The notes: generated by a model from the sequence alone, not told the origin. Counted from the first letter of the whole stretch, positions 10,450-23,622 are shown. The stretch: 63,167 nt of DNA, filler included, from Folioceros fuciformis (GCA_049999805.1; 8 parts of 8 records of this genome joined end to end with filler, not necessarily neighbours in it); one strand, 5' to 3'. Made by a program: numbers and translations.

Positions 10450-13400
10450 TAGGAGGTACGCCTTCTCCAGTCGATGAATCTGCATTCACGAAAGAGTCTG
10501 CGGAACCAAGGGAGCCATCATCACTGCGACTTGCAACGCTGTCAGAATCTGCATCCAAATCTGATTCAGGGTGAGCAGCAACTGAAATGTGTTCATCGTC
10601 ATTGTCCTCTTGACCAGCAGGATCTGCAACTACAGGGATCTGATCATTGGCTGCGTGCATGGCAGGATTCTGAGGACAAGGCTGTCCAGGCTGAACAGCT
10701 GGAACAGGTGGATTAATTAGTTCATCCACAGCTGTTAGATCAGCAGCATCTGGTGACTCTCCATCAGACTGTGGATAGTGCACAGGAATTGCAACAGACT
10801 GCTCATCCCGTAAGGAATCTGAACGGGAAGCATGACGTGAGTTGACTGTATCACCATCAGTCTGTGGGAAGACAAGCTCCTTGAACGTCGCACTCCTTGA
10901 CAAGGTAATTTTGGATGTGACAGGATCAAACAGTTTGTATGCCTTAGATTCCTCAGAGTAGCCTACAAAGACCAGCTGTTTAGCCCTATCATCTAATTTC
11001 TTGCGCTTTGCCTCAGATATGAAAGCAAACGCTGGTGACCCAAAGACCTTGAGATGCTGCAAGCTTGGCTTCCTTCCCCAGAAAGCTTCGTATGGCGTTT
11101 TGCCTGGCAGGGCTGAAGTAACAACTCTGTTTAGCAAGTAAGTTGCTGTAACAACAGCCTCTGCCCAGTAGCTCTTGTGCAGCCCTACGTATGATAGCAT
11201 GCACCTAGTCATTCCCATAAGTGTTTGGTTTTTCCTCTCAGCAACCCCGTTTTGCTGCTGGGTATAGGACACAGAGAGTTGGCGAATGATTCCAAACTGC
11301 TGGAAGAGGTCATCAAACCTTTGGCCTGTGAATTCCCCGCCGTTATCAATCCTGAAGCACTTCACCAGACAGCCTGTTTGGCATTGCACCATAGGGATCC
11401 AGGAAGCAATCTGATCATACACATCACTTTTGTGTCTGATAGGAAAAGTCCACGTGTATCGTGAAAAATCATCTGTCAGGGTTAGGTAGTATTCTGCACC
11501 TCCTAATGATTTGACCTGAATTTTTCCAGCGATATCAGCGTGTATGAGTTCAAGCAGAGCCTTAGCACGGTTAGGAGCTCTGTTCTTGAATGGCAGCTCT
11601 TTCTGCTTAGAAAGAATGCAAGAGCTGCAAGACTCCAAGAGCTTGAAACAAGAAGGTAACTTTTCCCTATACAGATCTGAGTTGGCCATGACGTTAAGCT
11701 TAAACTTATTGACATGGCCCAATCTTGCATGCCAGAGATTAGCCTAAGCATATGATACAGCCACTAACACCCTAGCCTTAGACTTTGTAACTATGACAAG
11801 CTGGTAAAGATCATTAACCAGGATGGCCTTTGCTACATAGCTTTGAGGATTAGACAGTTCGTAAATGTAGCACTTCCTATCCTCAAATCGAAAGCCATAC
11901 TGTTGACTTTGTGCTACAGCCCTAATGCTAAGCAAGTTTTTGCTCATGTCAGGTACAAACAGCACATCTTCTNNNNNNNNNNNNNNNNNNNNNNNNNNNN
12001 NNNNNNNNNNNNNNNNNNNNNNNNNNNNNNNNNNNNNNNNNNNNNNNNNNNNNNNNNNNNNNNNNNNNNNNNATCACCACAGCCCTTAACGTCTACACCT
12101 CTAGAGTCCCCAACAAACACTGATTGTGGAGACTTCTGTTTGTGAAAGGTGGAGAACAGCTGGCGGTTGTTACAAACATGTGCAGTGGCACCTGAATCAA
12201 CAAACCACGATGATGAAGTTTCCCTATAGGACGTCAGGCAAACTGTTAGTACAGAACTGCTGCTCTTATGTTTCTGCTGATGTGTGGAGTTGCTCTTCTC
12301 ATGGGATGTGACATGTGCCTCAGACTTGATCTCCTTCTTGGCTTCGCCGGCTTTCTTCTTGCGGCAGTCACGTTCCCAGTGACCTGGCACTTGACACCAG
12401 TTACAATTTCCTTGTCGTTTGGGAGTGGCAGGAGTCGAGGAATTCTGGCCTTGAGGTGAGTTACCCTTCTTCCCTTTCCCCTTCCAAGGTCCTTTGCCTT
12501 TTGTTGCAAACAGGACCTTCTCGCCTCGAAGACGAGTGCCACCTAATTTATGTCTGCTCTGCTCCTCTTGCAGGAGAGCTCCAATGACTTCATTCAGATT
12601 CAGGGTAGTGGGCTGACCACTAGCTGCTGCTTGATAGGCAGCACGCAAGGCAGCATTATGTCCTGAGATGAACGTCTGGTAGGATGGAGGCAAGCCGGTC
12701 AGCAGTTGAGCAACCATTTCCACATCAGTCGTCTTGGCTCCCAACGCGGACACCTGTGCCCAAAGGTACCTCAACTTTGTGACATAGGTTCCAACTGGAT
12801 CCCCTTCCTTCATCCTAAGACTATGGAATTGTTCTTTGACATGAATCAAAGTGCAGATATTTTGTACTTGGTATGTATCTACCAACTGTTTCCAGACAGC
12901 CTCAGCTGTCTCTAGAAACTCAACTTCAGTGACTGTTATCTCATCAAGTCCACTCAGAAGTATGGCAAAAGCAATTTTGTTCCCTTTGTTCCACTTAGCT
13001 TTCTCATCAGCTGTGGGTTGCTGTGCTGCAGTGGATGGGACAAGATTAGGATTTTGGACTGATCCATCTACGTACTCCCACACATCACGTGCATTCAGGT
13101 TGGCTTTCATTCTGGCTTTCCAGCTTTCAAACCTAGCAGGTTTCCCAAAACGATCCTTTTCCTTGAATTCTCCAGTGTAGGATGAACCAACTGTACCGTT
13201 AGTACCCATGTTGCTAACAGGGGGTAACGGGGGTGGTGCAGGTTGATGCTGCAGAAATGCCGGAAGAACGAAGAAAGGGAACTGCGATGCAAGAGATTGT
13301 AGAAAAACCTCCTCTACATCCAAAGATTCGTCTACCTAACTATCAGACTCAGTATCCCAATGCAAAGACATGAAACGGTAAGTAGCAAACTAATGACGTT

Positions 13401-13902
13401 TCATTAGGTCAGCATCAGTTCAAAACTAAGCATGATATGAAACGCTGTTTTTAGGGCACAAAACCTACTCAAAGACAGCGTTTGGTGACAGATGTCAAGC
13501 ACAGCCAACCATCATGTTAGATGAACGTGACGGTTGAGAGCAGGTTGCTGACCTTCAGCGCCTAGCGCTGGCTGACGCCCTGCACCAGCGTTGGGGCGCC
13601 CACCTGCGCTTGATCTGTGGCGGATCAAGCCGCCTCAGATGCGTGTCTCCCCTGAGGAGAAGCAGCAGACTGATCTCTCAATGTTGATTGGACATCCAGC
13701 AAGGTTGAAGCAGAATCGAGACCTCTTGCTGCAAATTCACGTAGACTTGAGAGAGTTAGCCTTGTCTCACGATTGTCTTCTAACACAGGGGTCTCTTGTC
13801 GATGTGCAGTCGTTCGCCTTCTACATACAGCCCTGTGCTGACTTCTGATGAGAGAAGGATTGAGCTGTGACTCAAAGATCAACTCAGCTAGCCTTTGAGA
13901 AC

Positions 13903-14002
13903 NNNNNNNNNNNNNNNNNNNNNNNNNNNNNNNNNNNNNNNNNNNNTTAATTAATTAANNNNNNNNNNNNNNNNNNNNNNNNNNNNNNNNNNNNNNNNNN
14001 NN
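13903..14002. other. Artificial contig linker N44-TTAATTAATTAA-N44 (also at 26312, 37779, 42845, 50543, 58520, 61245)
   Basis: Identical 100-nt structure with stops in all six frames at seven positions. Plain 100-N gaps also occur at 11973, 14384, 34367 and 39702. Confidence 0.95.
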
Positions 14003-14483
14003 ACCCTAGGGTCAGTCTTCCATGGCCGAGGAACCATTTCGGCTGGGAGCTGATCCCGCTGAATAAGCTACCGTTTTCAGGCCAGGTTCCCGCTGCTGAT
14101 CCTCCTCGTTCCCACCTCCTCTCTATGTTTCCCACTTCTCATACTCCTTCCCTAGAGGCTGGCTCAGCCACCAAGGGTGAACAATTGCAGGGGAAGACTT
14201 AGCGGGCGACCATCCAGCAAGGAAGAGGTGGCGTCCGTAGACCTTTGAAGATCAGACATCCTCCGAAGTCTCAGGATAGTCTAAGAGGTGGTAGATCCTT
14301 GTGGTGGTAGGGCTAGGAGCTCATTGGTGGCAGGTTGTGCTAGAAGTCTAAATAAGTGGCTGGTGACAGCCGGCTAGGCTATTNNNNNNNNNNNNNNNNN
14401 NNNNNNNNNNNNNNNNNNNNNNNNNNNNNNNNNNNNNNNNNNNNNNNNNNNNNNNNNNNNNNNNNNNNNNNNNNNNNNNNNNN

Positions 14484-14636
14484 TTGCCGGCTGTGCAACG
14501 TCTGGTAGGATCGCAAGCCGTGTGTTGCCGGCTGTACAGTGTCTGGTAGGATCGCAGGCAGCGTGTTGCCGACTGTACAGTGTCTGGTAGGATCGCGGGC
14601 AGCGTGTTGCCGGTTGTATAGTGTCTGGTAGGATCA
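14484..14636. repeat. 41-bp tandem repeat running into a gap
   Basis: GTCTGGTAGGATCGC.GGCAGCGTGTTGCCGGCTGTACAGT, at least 3.5 copies. Confidence 0.85.
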
Positions 14637-17600
14637 CAAGGTGTAATGACTAGGGTGTAGGGGCTTGCCCCTAGCTCTTGATTGTAAAGGATGTGTCTTT
14701 CTCTTGACCTGTCCACTCTTGTTCCTTGCTTGGACAAGTGCTGTAGGCCGGCCATGACTCATGGCGTCTGGTAAGGTTGTGGGGAGGAGATATCCAAGAG
14801 GGCAGTGTGTTCCCTTCTTTCTTTTCTTTGGGGTTAGTCTAGTGACTCTTGCCAGGTAGGAGGAGTCAATAGGGAAGTGTAGAAGGTAGTGGTGTGATAG
14901 TTAGTTGCTGGTGTTGGTGCTGGAGTGAGAGTGAGTGAAGTGAGTGAGGGAAGTCGTAGATCTAAGAGGTTAGGGTCGTTGTAGTGACTGGAGTGAGTTT
15001 GTGGGCACCGAGAGAGGTGCAGCTGATCGCCGGACAGCGAGGCCTGTCCTACGCCTGATCGGAGCTGGAGGGGAGCCCTCGAATCCATCATCGAGTCGAT
15101 CAAGTCCGACCCTCCATCCATAGCGGCAAGGAACCCCATCGTTCCTTCGTGGGAACGAAACCCAATGTCTCAACGACAGTGGGATAAGTGTGGCCACTAA
15201 AGGTGGAACTCGTTGGCAATCAGTGCCCCGGGTTTTGCCTCCACACCTACCATCCCAGCCTCTCTTGGCTGTTTCTTGGCTGGGGGATCGACTACCTAAG
15301 GCAGCCAACCAGGCCACTGTGCTCAGCCGAGACCAGCCACGCCGCCTAGCATCTCGCCATGAATCTACGCTGGTAGTTCCTACCAGCCAGATGGCATGCC
15401 TGCTGCCCTAGCTGTCGGGCCACCCCAGCCAGCGGATCCGCACCCCGATCGGCCTCTGACCGCCTGGCTACTGCTCAGCAGCCGGTCGCTGCTGAGCCGG
15501 CCCCCCTGCTACTCGCCTTGCCTATCCAACTAGGCGCCCGCCTGCCATGCTGATGGGCCAGGCTGCCTACCTGCTAGCTGCCTGGCGGGATCCGCCTGCC
15601 AGCCTTTGCCCTACAGCCAGCTAGCCTGCTAGGCCCAACTGGGACCCGAGCCTGGATCCTACCCTGGCCTGCTACACTTGTGGATCCAACGCCACTTCCT
15701 TGGCCTAGATCCGGTGCTGCTGCCTGCCTCCAGCCACTGCCAACACGGCTAGCCGACCAGCCGGGCCGATGGCATGGCTCCCGAATCGGACAGCCAACTC
15801 GCTACGTCCCGATCTGCCCCTACAGTCGGCAGGCAACTGCTTGGCTAGCGCTCCACCTGCCAGCCAGCACGGCGTGTAATAGCCCGAGGCCTCTGCTGAG
15901 TCGAGAAAAAAAACCCCTACCAGGCTACCTGTCTGTTGACGGCACTGATCCACTAGCCCCCCCCCCGGCTAGCCCATCTACCAAACTGTGATCCGCCTAC
16001 AGCTCACCCACACCCCCTGCAGTGGCTCGAGCTAGCCGATCAGCCAAAACGCCCGCCTGGCTCCAGTCCTGGCTAGCCGTTTCACTAGCCACCAACTTCA
16101 CTCCGTTTCGCTCCTGGCTAGATCCGATGCCCACTCGGCCTGGTTCCGACCCCGAGCTGCTACAGCCAACCCGACTGATCGCTTCACGAGAGCCCGGGCT
16201 ACCTGACTAGCTTCAGGACCCGACCCCAGCCGCCAACGCCTTCCCCTCGACTCTGACCAACCCAATTGCCCAGCTCGGCTCTAGCCCGCGCTATAGCAGC
16301 CCGCCTGCCCGTCTAAACCACACTGAGCTGGATTAGCCCACATCCTACTGCTGCCTGGCCGCGCCCGGATGTTGTCACCCCCCCCTAGCTGATCCACCCC
16401 GGCCTCGTGTCCTGGCCTGTCTCCAGCCACCGATCTATCCAGCTTGCATGGTGTGCCCCAGCCAAGCATGTGTGTCCCCGATCCGGCCTGCCTCCAGCCA
16501 CCGGTCTATCCATCTTGCATGGTGTGCCCCAGCCAGGCACGTGTGTCCCCGATCCGGCCTGCCTCCAGCGCTCGCCATCACCAGTCGGTTCCAAGCCGGC
16601 CTGCCCTGTTCACCTGCAGCAGCTTGGCTTGCTTTAGATCGGCCAGCCAGGCCGGCGGATCCAGCGCCGCCACTACCTGGTGGCTTCTCGCCATGGTTCA
16701 GCTCTTTCCCCCATGGTGAGCAAAGAAAACATGCTACAGCTTTTCGCAAGAACCACGAAACTGACTCCACCATAGGCAGCCCCGCATCTTCCACCGACCC
16801 ACGCTGGCTGCCCAGATCTACCTCAGCACCATCTAAGCGATACCAGCCGATGGCAATGCCTACATGGAACCTGGATCCATCGTCTCCTCGATCCGCTTGG
16901 TGCGGCCTAGACCCTAGTTGTTGCCGATCCCCTACTACTGCCCGTTCGCGGCCTACACTAGCCTGGATCGGCCACCGACGACCAGCTCCAAAGTCCCCAT
17001 GGCCCGGCCTAGTTGTCCCCTCCACAGCAGCCACCGATCCGGCACCTTCTACCGGGTCTGTGGTCTCCTTCCTCTGGTCTTCTACCTTCGTCTCTAGTCG
17101 GGTCTACCTTCTACCACTGCCACCACTGCCCGGTCTCGCCCTCGGCCCAGATCTGCTCGTCTCCTGGATCCTCCCCCGTCAAGGAGCTCCCCGGGGCTGT
17201 TGCCATCGCCGCCATATATCTATGCTAGCCAGCCACTCCAATCAGCCGGCTGGCTACCCCTCGAGCTCCCAGACTACCTGGCTTCGGTCGTGAATAACCC
17301 CAGCCAACCCGACCCTCGGCCTGGCTCAGGTCGATCTTGGCCAGCTTAGATGCACCGCCACCACCCGCCTTGCCAGTTACCCATGTGTACCGAGGCCACA
17401 CACCAGCCTTGTTAGCTTCCGGGTCCAGCACCCTGCTCGACTGCTATGTCTGGACCCGAATGGGACTGCTCACGCCTTGCCTGGCCACCTAACCCGCCCA
17501 CTGCTCCAGTAACAGCCCTAGAGACCTGCAACCCCGCAGCCATCTTTTGCCAAGCCCCCTTAGATCCGGCCATCCCCTCGGCCTAGCTTGGTTGCTCGAC

Positions 17601-18267
17601 ACGCCTTACTCCTGGGTCTCCATCGATCGATCCCCTTTGGCTTTGCTGCCCTCCAGACTCATACTGACCCACCTCCTAGCGTCGCCTAGCCCAGCTGCAT
17701 GGCCGCTTGCGCTGGTCTCGAGTCTGCCTTCACCTAGCTGGCCTGCTGCATGGCCCAGTCGAGTCCCATTCATCCTGGTCTAGCGCCGTCCTCCTGCTGA
17801 AACCGACCGCTTCGGCCTGACATGCCACGTCTGCCAGCCCTCACCGCTTGGATCCACCAAGGCTCGCCTAGCCCAAATCCGACACCACCTCTACTTCCTA
17901 CCTGACTGGACCGGGCTAGGTTGCAGCCTAAGCTTCCTAACAGCCGCCAACCCGGCTGCCTGCTCCCAGGTCCTCGGCCCCAGGCACCTCGATCTCCATC
18001 TCCTGCTTTTCCCAGCAACAGCCAGAGGACCCCCGGCTCGCCTTCCACAACCCGTCCTAGGGTTTCCTATTCCTCCGTTACCTTACCCTAAGGAACCAGA
18101 GCCCGTGTCCTATCTACCACACAACCTACCTACCCTATCGACTCACCATAAATCTAGCTACTATTCTAACCTAATCTCCCAACCTTTCCTCTACAGCACT
18201 CACTCACAGATCCAAAAAAAAAAAACCTATCATTTCCCAGGGGTCTGTTCAGCATGTGGAGTCCATA
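14626..18267. mobile_element. Large GC-rich LTR-like repeat unit (family A)
   Basis: 14631-15250 is the reverse complement of 29842-30472. 18020-18267 matches 51030-51283, and both end ..CATGTGGAGTCCA(C/T)A. No recognisable coding domain. Confidence 0.6.
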
Positions 18268-19129
18268 AGAGGATCCGAACCCTACCACCTACAGTTTCCC
18301 TGCCAGCAGCTAATTCTCCCGTACACACGAAACCACCAAGCCCGCCTCATCATAGCATCCGTTAGCCCCTAAACCCTGAAATGCACTCTTATGTGAAGAA
18401 CCCGCCATCAAAGGGAATGCCTATTGCAGTGACCATGACAACCGTCACAGAACCACCTAACTGACGGATGACTGACGGATTCTAAACAACGGGCATAGCC
18501 AGCTCGCAGTGCATGTCTCCCATGCGTAAGGCAGCTTGCTTGATCATCTGCGCCGTCCCGAGCCCCACCCAAGACATAGTCGTCATCGTGGTCACCTTAC
18601 CAATCCTGCATACACCCGGACATGAACAAGTTGCAGTTAGAAACCCAGAAGCCAGTACTGTGAGTTGCAACAAGAACAGCCGCAACCTCTGACGTGTATT
18701 GCAAAAACCCACCACAAGAACTCCAGTCGACATAAGCGAATGTGTTGCAGGTGCGAAGTCCATTCGTGGCTTGCATCGGGAGGCCGTAGGAGCTTTCTGT
18801 ATGCACCACGAAAGCAAACCTTAGTAGCCGAGAGCCGATAAGAAACACACAAATAATAAGGCCTCGACAACATTGTTCTGTGTATACCTTTGTGACCCGT
18901 TTTTCGCGAGGCTGTCAATGACGGAGGTGGAGGGCGTTGGTATGGATGGCAAGAAGGGGGGGGGGGCTGGGCGCATGAGCCCAAGCAAGCTTGGCGAATG
19001 GGGGAAAGCGTGTGCGTTGGAAGGGACAAGGCAAGCGAAACCCTAAACCCCAAGCACGAAAGGCCTCTAGAGAATGGGCAGCGAGAGATTTGGCTAGGCT
19101 AGTGGCAGCTTTTTTTTGGATTCGAGGAA

Positions 19130-19495
19130 ACGTGTTTGAAGTGGCCTCTAGACAAGTTTTTTCAGATGCATCTGTCAAATGTCGCGTAAGGGGTCCAATT
19201 TGGTTTTGGCCTCCAAACTCACGTACGCGCCAAAGGGGTCCGGTTTGGTTTTGGCCTCCAAACTCGCGTACGCCCGAAAGGGGTCCGGTTTGGTTTTGGC
19301 CTCCAAACTCGGGTACGCGCCAAAGGGGTCCGGTTTGGTTTAGGCCTCCAAGCTCGTGTATGTCCCAAAGGGGTCCGGTTTGGTTTTGGCCTCCAAGCTC
19401 ACATATGCCCCAAAGGGGACACACAATCGGTATGTTCGTAAACCCTAAACCCATGTTCTAGAGAGAGGGGGCGTGTCCCCTTTGGTATGCCATAC
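19130..19495. repeat. Arm of foldback family (see 42159-42764) with a 45-bp unit expanded x5
   Basis: AAGGGGTCCGGTTTGGTTTTGGCCTCCAAACTCGCGTACGCGCCA at 19188, 19233, 19278, 19323 and 19368. The flanks match the arm at 42205-42367. Confidence 0.8.
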
Positions 19496-19712
19496 CCACC
19501 ATCAGGTACCGTTTACAATAGAGGGTTCTGGAAGGACATTTTGTAGGCCGGTATATATTATAGGAACCTAAAATGGGCCCTTAGTTCTTGAACTCTGTTC
19601 TCCATAATGTTTGAAAGTATCGCAGTCTAGGTGTCTATGGTGGCCTCATGGGCTGTTTAAGGTGTGGAGTTTAAAGTAGGCAGAAATCACTTCTCCGTCC
19701 TTGTTTTCCCCC

Positions 19713-21500
19713 TCATGATCGGCCTTCGCTACTGCAACCACCACTGGAGAATCGATGCACACGGTACCCATCCCTCACAACAATGTCTCTCTGCTCAAGC
19801 CTTGACATGACCTCCGTCGAACTGCGGCAATCACTGCACATGCGTAGATTCTTCGTTACCACCAGACGGATCCTTGTGGGAGTGTTCAACAGGCCAAACG
19901 CCAGCGCCAGCTTCTCAGCGTGCCCGCACAGTGCATCCTCCTTTTCCTACTCACCCAATGGCTTCAACACCAACCTTGTCTGCGGTACGTGGCCCCCTTC
20001 CTGCTTTACACAAGCATTCGTGCTCTCGACCTTGAGCAGAAGCGCAATATCCTCTCTCCCTTCTCCTACCAAGAACCTATGTACCTGCTTATTTACCTCG
20101 ATGGTTGCTGCAGGTTTCTTGTTAGCTCCTGCCACCATTCTCTGTGTTTCGATCCTGTCTACATGTCTCACCTACCTGCATCTGCGAAAGCATTGGCCAT
20201 GAGCACATGCGCAGACGTGTTTTGAGGGTCCAGCCTCACGATGCTTTCAAAACACCACCTCGCCCTCTCTATATCCTCGTGACGTTTGCAAGCGTGCAAC
20301 AAAGCCGTCAAGCCCACAACATTACTTTCTCCCCCCTCACATGATAACATCTTCTCAGCCTCATCCAAATGGCCTGCACGCCCAAGAAGATCAACCATGC
20401 AAGTGTAATGCTCAATAGTAGGTTTGATGCCATGCTGTGCAGCCATGGAATCGAAGTACATGAGACCATCATGGACCAGTCCCACGTGACTGCATGCTAC
20501 CAAAAGGCAAGCGAAAGTAGCATCATCGGGCTGAATACCGGCAGCTAACATGTCCTCGAAACAAGCTAGTGCCTTGTGACCTTCGTCACAGGAACCGTAC
20601 CCGGCAATCAGCGCATTCCATGTCACCACACTCTTTGTGGCCAAGCTGTCAAAAACCTGGCGTGCATCTTCCACTTCGCCACACTTTGCATGCATGTCCA
20701 CCAGGCTTGGCCCACCACCACTTCGTCCAGCAGTCCTCTTCCCACAATCTGTGAGTGCAGCTGCCTGCCCTTCTGCAACGCACCAGTGCTTCCACAGGCC
20801 TTCAGAAGGCAAGAGAAAGTAACATCGTCAGCTACAATGACACCCGGCTCCTCCATTTGTCCATACACAAGAAGCGCCTCTTGGCTCAGTCCTTGCTGTA
20901 CGTACCCAGCTATCAGAGCATTCCATGACACCACATTCTTGTTCGGCAAGCTGTCAAAAACCTGGCGTGCATCTTCCAATTCGCCACATTTTGCATACAT
21001 CTCCACCACGCAAGTGCCCACCACTATGTCATCCAGAAGACTCCTTTCAACAATCTGCAAGAGCAGCTGCCTGCCTTTCAGGATTCCGCGCTGAAGCAGC
21101 GCAGAGGAGGTCCGGGGAGTCCCACGCTCTCCATGTATCTTCCAAGCGACCACACTTTACATTTGCAGACATGTTCACCAAACTGCAGGCTACAAACATA
21201 TCATCTTCATGTCCTCGTTCCTTAGTGTGCTCATGAAACTCCTTTCCTCGCTTTAAAGAGGTTCTGCCTGAATTTGCAGATGCCTTCAGACGCAGCTAAA
21301 TGTCACGGAATCAGGTGTAGCCATACCAGTCCTCTTGCATAGCATTGTACAGGCGAAGGGCTTCCTGGCCCGTGCCGTGCTGGGGAGTGTCCTGCAATCA
21401 TGGCATTCCACGTTTCCACAATAATTTTCTGACCTAATTCATCAAACACAGCTGCCACACTCGTCGTGCATCCTGCAAGCTGCAAAATCACAGAGAAGTG
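19713..21500 (-). pseudogene. PLS-class PPR RNA-editing factor with DYW:KP (GRP-type) deaminase domain, disrupted
   Basis: PPR motifs (MYAKCGELEDARQVFD, NVVSWNALIAGY, PTIEHYTCMVDLLGRAGHLDEA). C-terminus read by hand: KKPAATIEVNKQVHRFLVGE..HVPQTRLVLKPLGE*EKEDALCGHAEKLALAFGLLNTP..VTKNLRMCSDC..VRDGYRVHRFSSGGCSSEGRS*. Several frameshifts and stops. Confidence 0.9.
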
Positions 21501-21536
21501 ACCACGTTTCAGTCACTCTCCAGTATAGTTGGTGTG

Positions 21537-21911
21537 GGTTGATGGCGGATTGGAATTGATTGGGAAAGACGGTAAGCATCGACCCAGCTTGAGGACGACA
21601 GTGGAGCGGATTTGAAGAGTCGGAGAGGTTTAGCTCTGACCCCGCCCTGTTCGTACAGGTAGCAGATTAAGTTGGCTTCATCCGTTTTCTTTCCTCTCTT
21701 CTGCAGAGTGGCGAGGCGTAGTGATGTACAGCATCCGCTCGGGTTGATGGCGGATGGGTTGTGACCGGGAAAGCATCAACCCAGCTTGAGATCGACAGTG
21801 GAGCGGATTTGAAGAATCGGAGGTTTAAGTTCTGAGCCCTCCCTTTCCCCACACCCACAGGAAGCAGATTAAGTTGTGCGTGCCAAAGGGTTTGGCTTCA
21901 TCCGTTTTCTT
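21537..21911. repeat. About 209-bp direct duplication between the PPR relic and the Crinkler-like gene
   Basis: GGGTTGATGGCGGAT..GACAGTGGAGCGGATTTGAAGA..GCAGATTAAGTTG..GCTTCATCCGTTTTCTT present twice. Confidence 0.7.
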
Positions 21912-21956
21912 CACGCTTCCTTATGCATAACTACGTGACTGTCCTCATTATTCAGG

Positions 21957-23622
21957 ATGGAGCAGCTAAACCAGGAGATTGCTGCCGCGAATGAACAGAG
22001 CATCGCTTTTGAGAAGGACTTGCTCAACACCACAGACCCGCAGCAAAGAATCCTTTTAGAAAAGGTATGGGAGAGGTCGGTGGAGAAGTGGCAGGCGCTG
22101 AGAAAGGAAAGGCAGCTAAACCAGGAGATTGCTGCAAAGGAAAGGCAGCTAAACCAGGAGATTGCTGCAAAGGAAAGGCAGCTAAACCAGGAGATTGCTG
22201 CCATAACTGGGGAGATTGCTGCCTTAACTGGGGAGATTGCTGCCGCGAATGAACACATTATCGCTCTTGCGAAGGACTTGTTCAACGCCACAGACCCGCA
22301 GCAAAGAATCCTTTTAAAAGAGGTATGGGAGAGGTCGTTGGAGAGCAAAGAGCGCCTCGTGGCGACCCGGCAGGCGCTGCAGGATAGCCTTCGGGCCAAG
22401 CAGTCCATCCCAGGTCAGTGCACTCCGCTAAGGGAAGGTGTCATCTGCATGATGCTGTCATATGTTTGTTTGCAGACTTGTTAGTATTTGAATGGCAGAC
22501 ATGCTTGTAATGGGAGCTCAGAGGTTCTTATCTTGATGTAGGCGATGTCTTGAGTACAAGAAAAACAGAGGAGCAGCTCCAAGCTACATTTGATATTGCG
22601 CAAGAGGAGAGAAAGGAAAAGTCAACCGTCTGCATAAGCAGCGTGAAGACTGAAACATGGTTGGCAGTGCAAAGCACTGCGAAGCTATCTATCCTTGTAG
22701 TTGAGGATCTGCCAGCATCTTCACCAAAAGAAGCGGTGGTTGCATTTGACTGGGATGGCAGCGTCGAACGTGCCCAGGCTGACAGGTGTCGTTATGATAT
22801 CAATCTTGTCATCTTGTAGGTGTGTTATAATCTTGGATTTGTTTATGGTTGACCGTCTTGTGCTAATGAGATGTTCTTTGTGTATGAACAGGTACATAGC
22901 CCATCTCCGGCAGATCATCAACCTTGATAACAGGAAGGTTGATTGGGTAGACGCAAATCATTTTCCACAGTTATTGAGTTATCATGGAGTAGAGACGCTT
23001 GGCCGGAACTTCAGGGGTAGCACTGACGTTCTGATAGCTGACACTTCAGTAATTAGGGCCCGGCAACCATGGCTGGGCATGCGGGTCTTATTTGAGCTCA
23101 AGAAAAGGGTTCGACATCCTCATGTCAGGCAGGCACAAATTTCCTTGCTGTTGGCCAACCTACTTTCTCCGGAATCCAAACCAGTAATGGTAAGATCTGA
23201 GTCTGAACCACCATCTTTTGCACTCAACATTCAGGGGTCTTAAAATTTTGGTTGGGTTGTGGCAGGTGCTCACAGACCTCTGTGATGAATGGCATCTGTT
23301 CTGGTTGGATGGCGCAACAATCAACCAGCACGCTTTCATATCCAGAGAACGGGCTGTAAGTTTTATCGAAGATCTTTTGGCTGGGCGTTTGGAAGCAAGC
23401 GAGGAATTGGACCGTACTGCTGTCCCGGTATCGAAAAGGCGCAAGGTATTCAACAGATTGGTTTCGACTCCGGAATTAGAGAACACACTCACTGAAGATC
23501 AATTAGAGAGTCTGGAAGGTGTGTTAGCTCCAAGTGAGATCACACAGATGAGAGCTCATCGTTTCATCCGCCAATTCGAAACACTCCAAAATTGGAGGCC
23601 AGTCCCAGATATATATACGTAG
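21957..23622 (+). CDS. Coiled-coil repeat + Crinkler (CRN)-type PD-(D/E)xK nuclease-fold protein, 4 exons (21957-22413, 22542-22785, 22892-23189, 23266-23622), about 451 aa
   Basis: All three GT..AG introns are phase-compatible and give a stop-free 1356-nt CDS. Motifs FRGSTDVLI..LFELKK..RQAQISLLLAN..PVMVLTDLCDEWHLFWLDG resemble CRN REase domains. The N-terminus has KERQLNQEIAA x3 between two copies of a 40-aa repeat. An acceptor-like TTCAG just before the ATG allows a further upstream exon. Confidence 0.75.

Larger units (their letters stand above)
7195..13902 (-). mobile_element. Ty1/Copia LTR retrotransposon (Copia-1), decayed; 5' end lost in gap
   Basis: gag 13323- with CNWCQVPGHWERDC knuckle, protease WFVDSGATAH, integrase 11722-10226 (HADIAG, RIDNGGEF, QNGVAERKN), RT/RNase H 9888-8635 (YGLKQSPRAWY, LYVDD, ADILTK). 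PPT AAGAGGGAG at 7754-7746, then 3' LTR starting TGTTAG at 7745. The lower LTR boundary is a guess. Confidence 0.9.

Noticed and set aside
13903-14002. Recurrent TTAATTAATTAA motif and ORFs ending ..LIN
   Set aside because: It always sits centred in 100-nt N runs, so it is an assembly linker rather than biology.
15300-18050. Many Pro/Ala/Arg-rich ORFs, for example 16448-17293
   Set aside because: Low-complexity GC-rich repeat sequence with no domain motifs.
18915-19461. Repeat-protein ORFs on both strands
   Set aside because: They are by-products of the 45-bp tandem repeat in a non-coding foldback arm.
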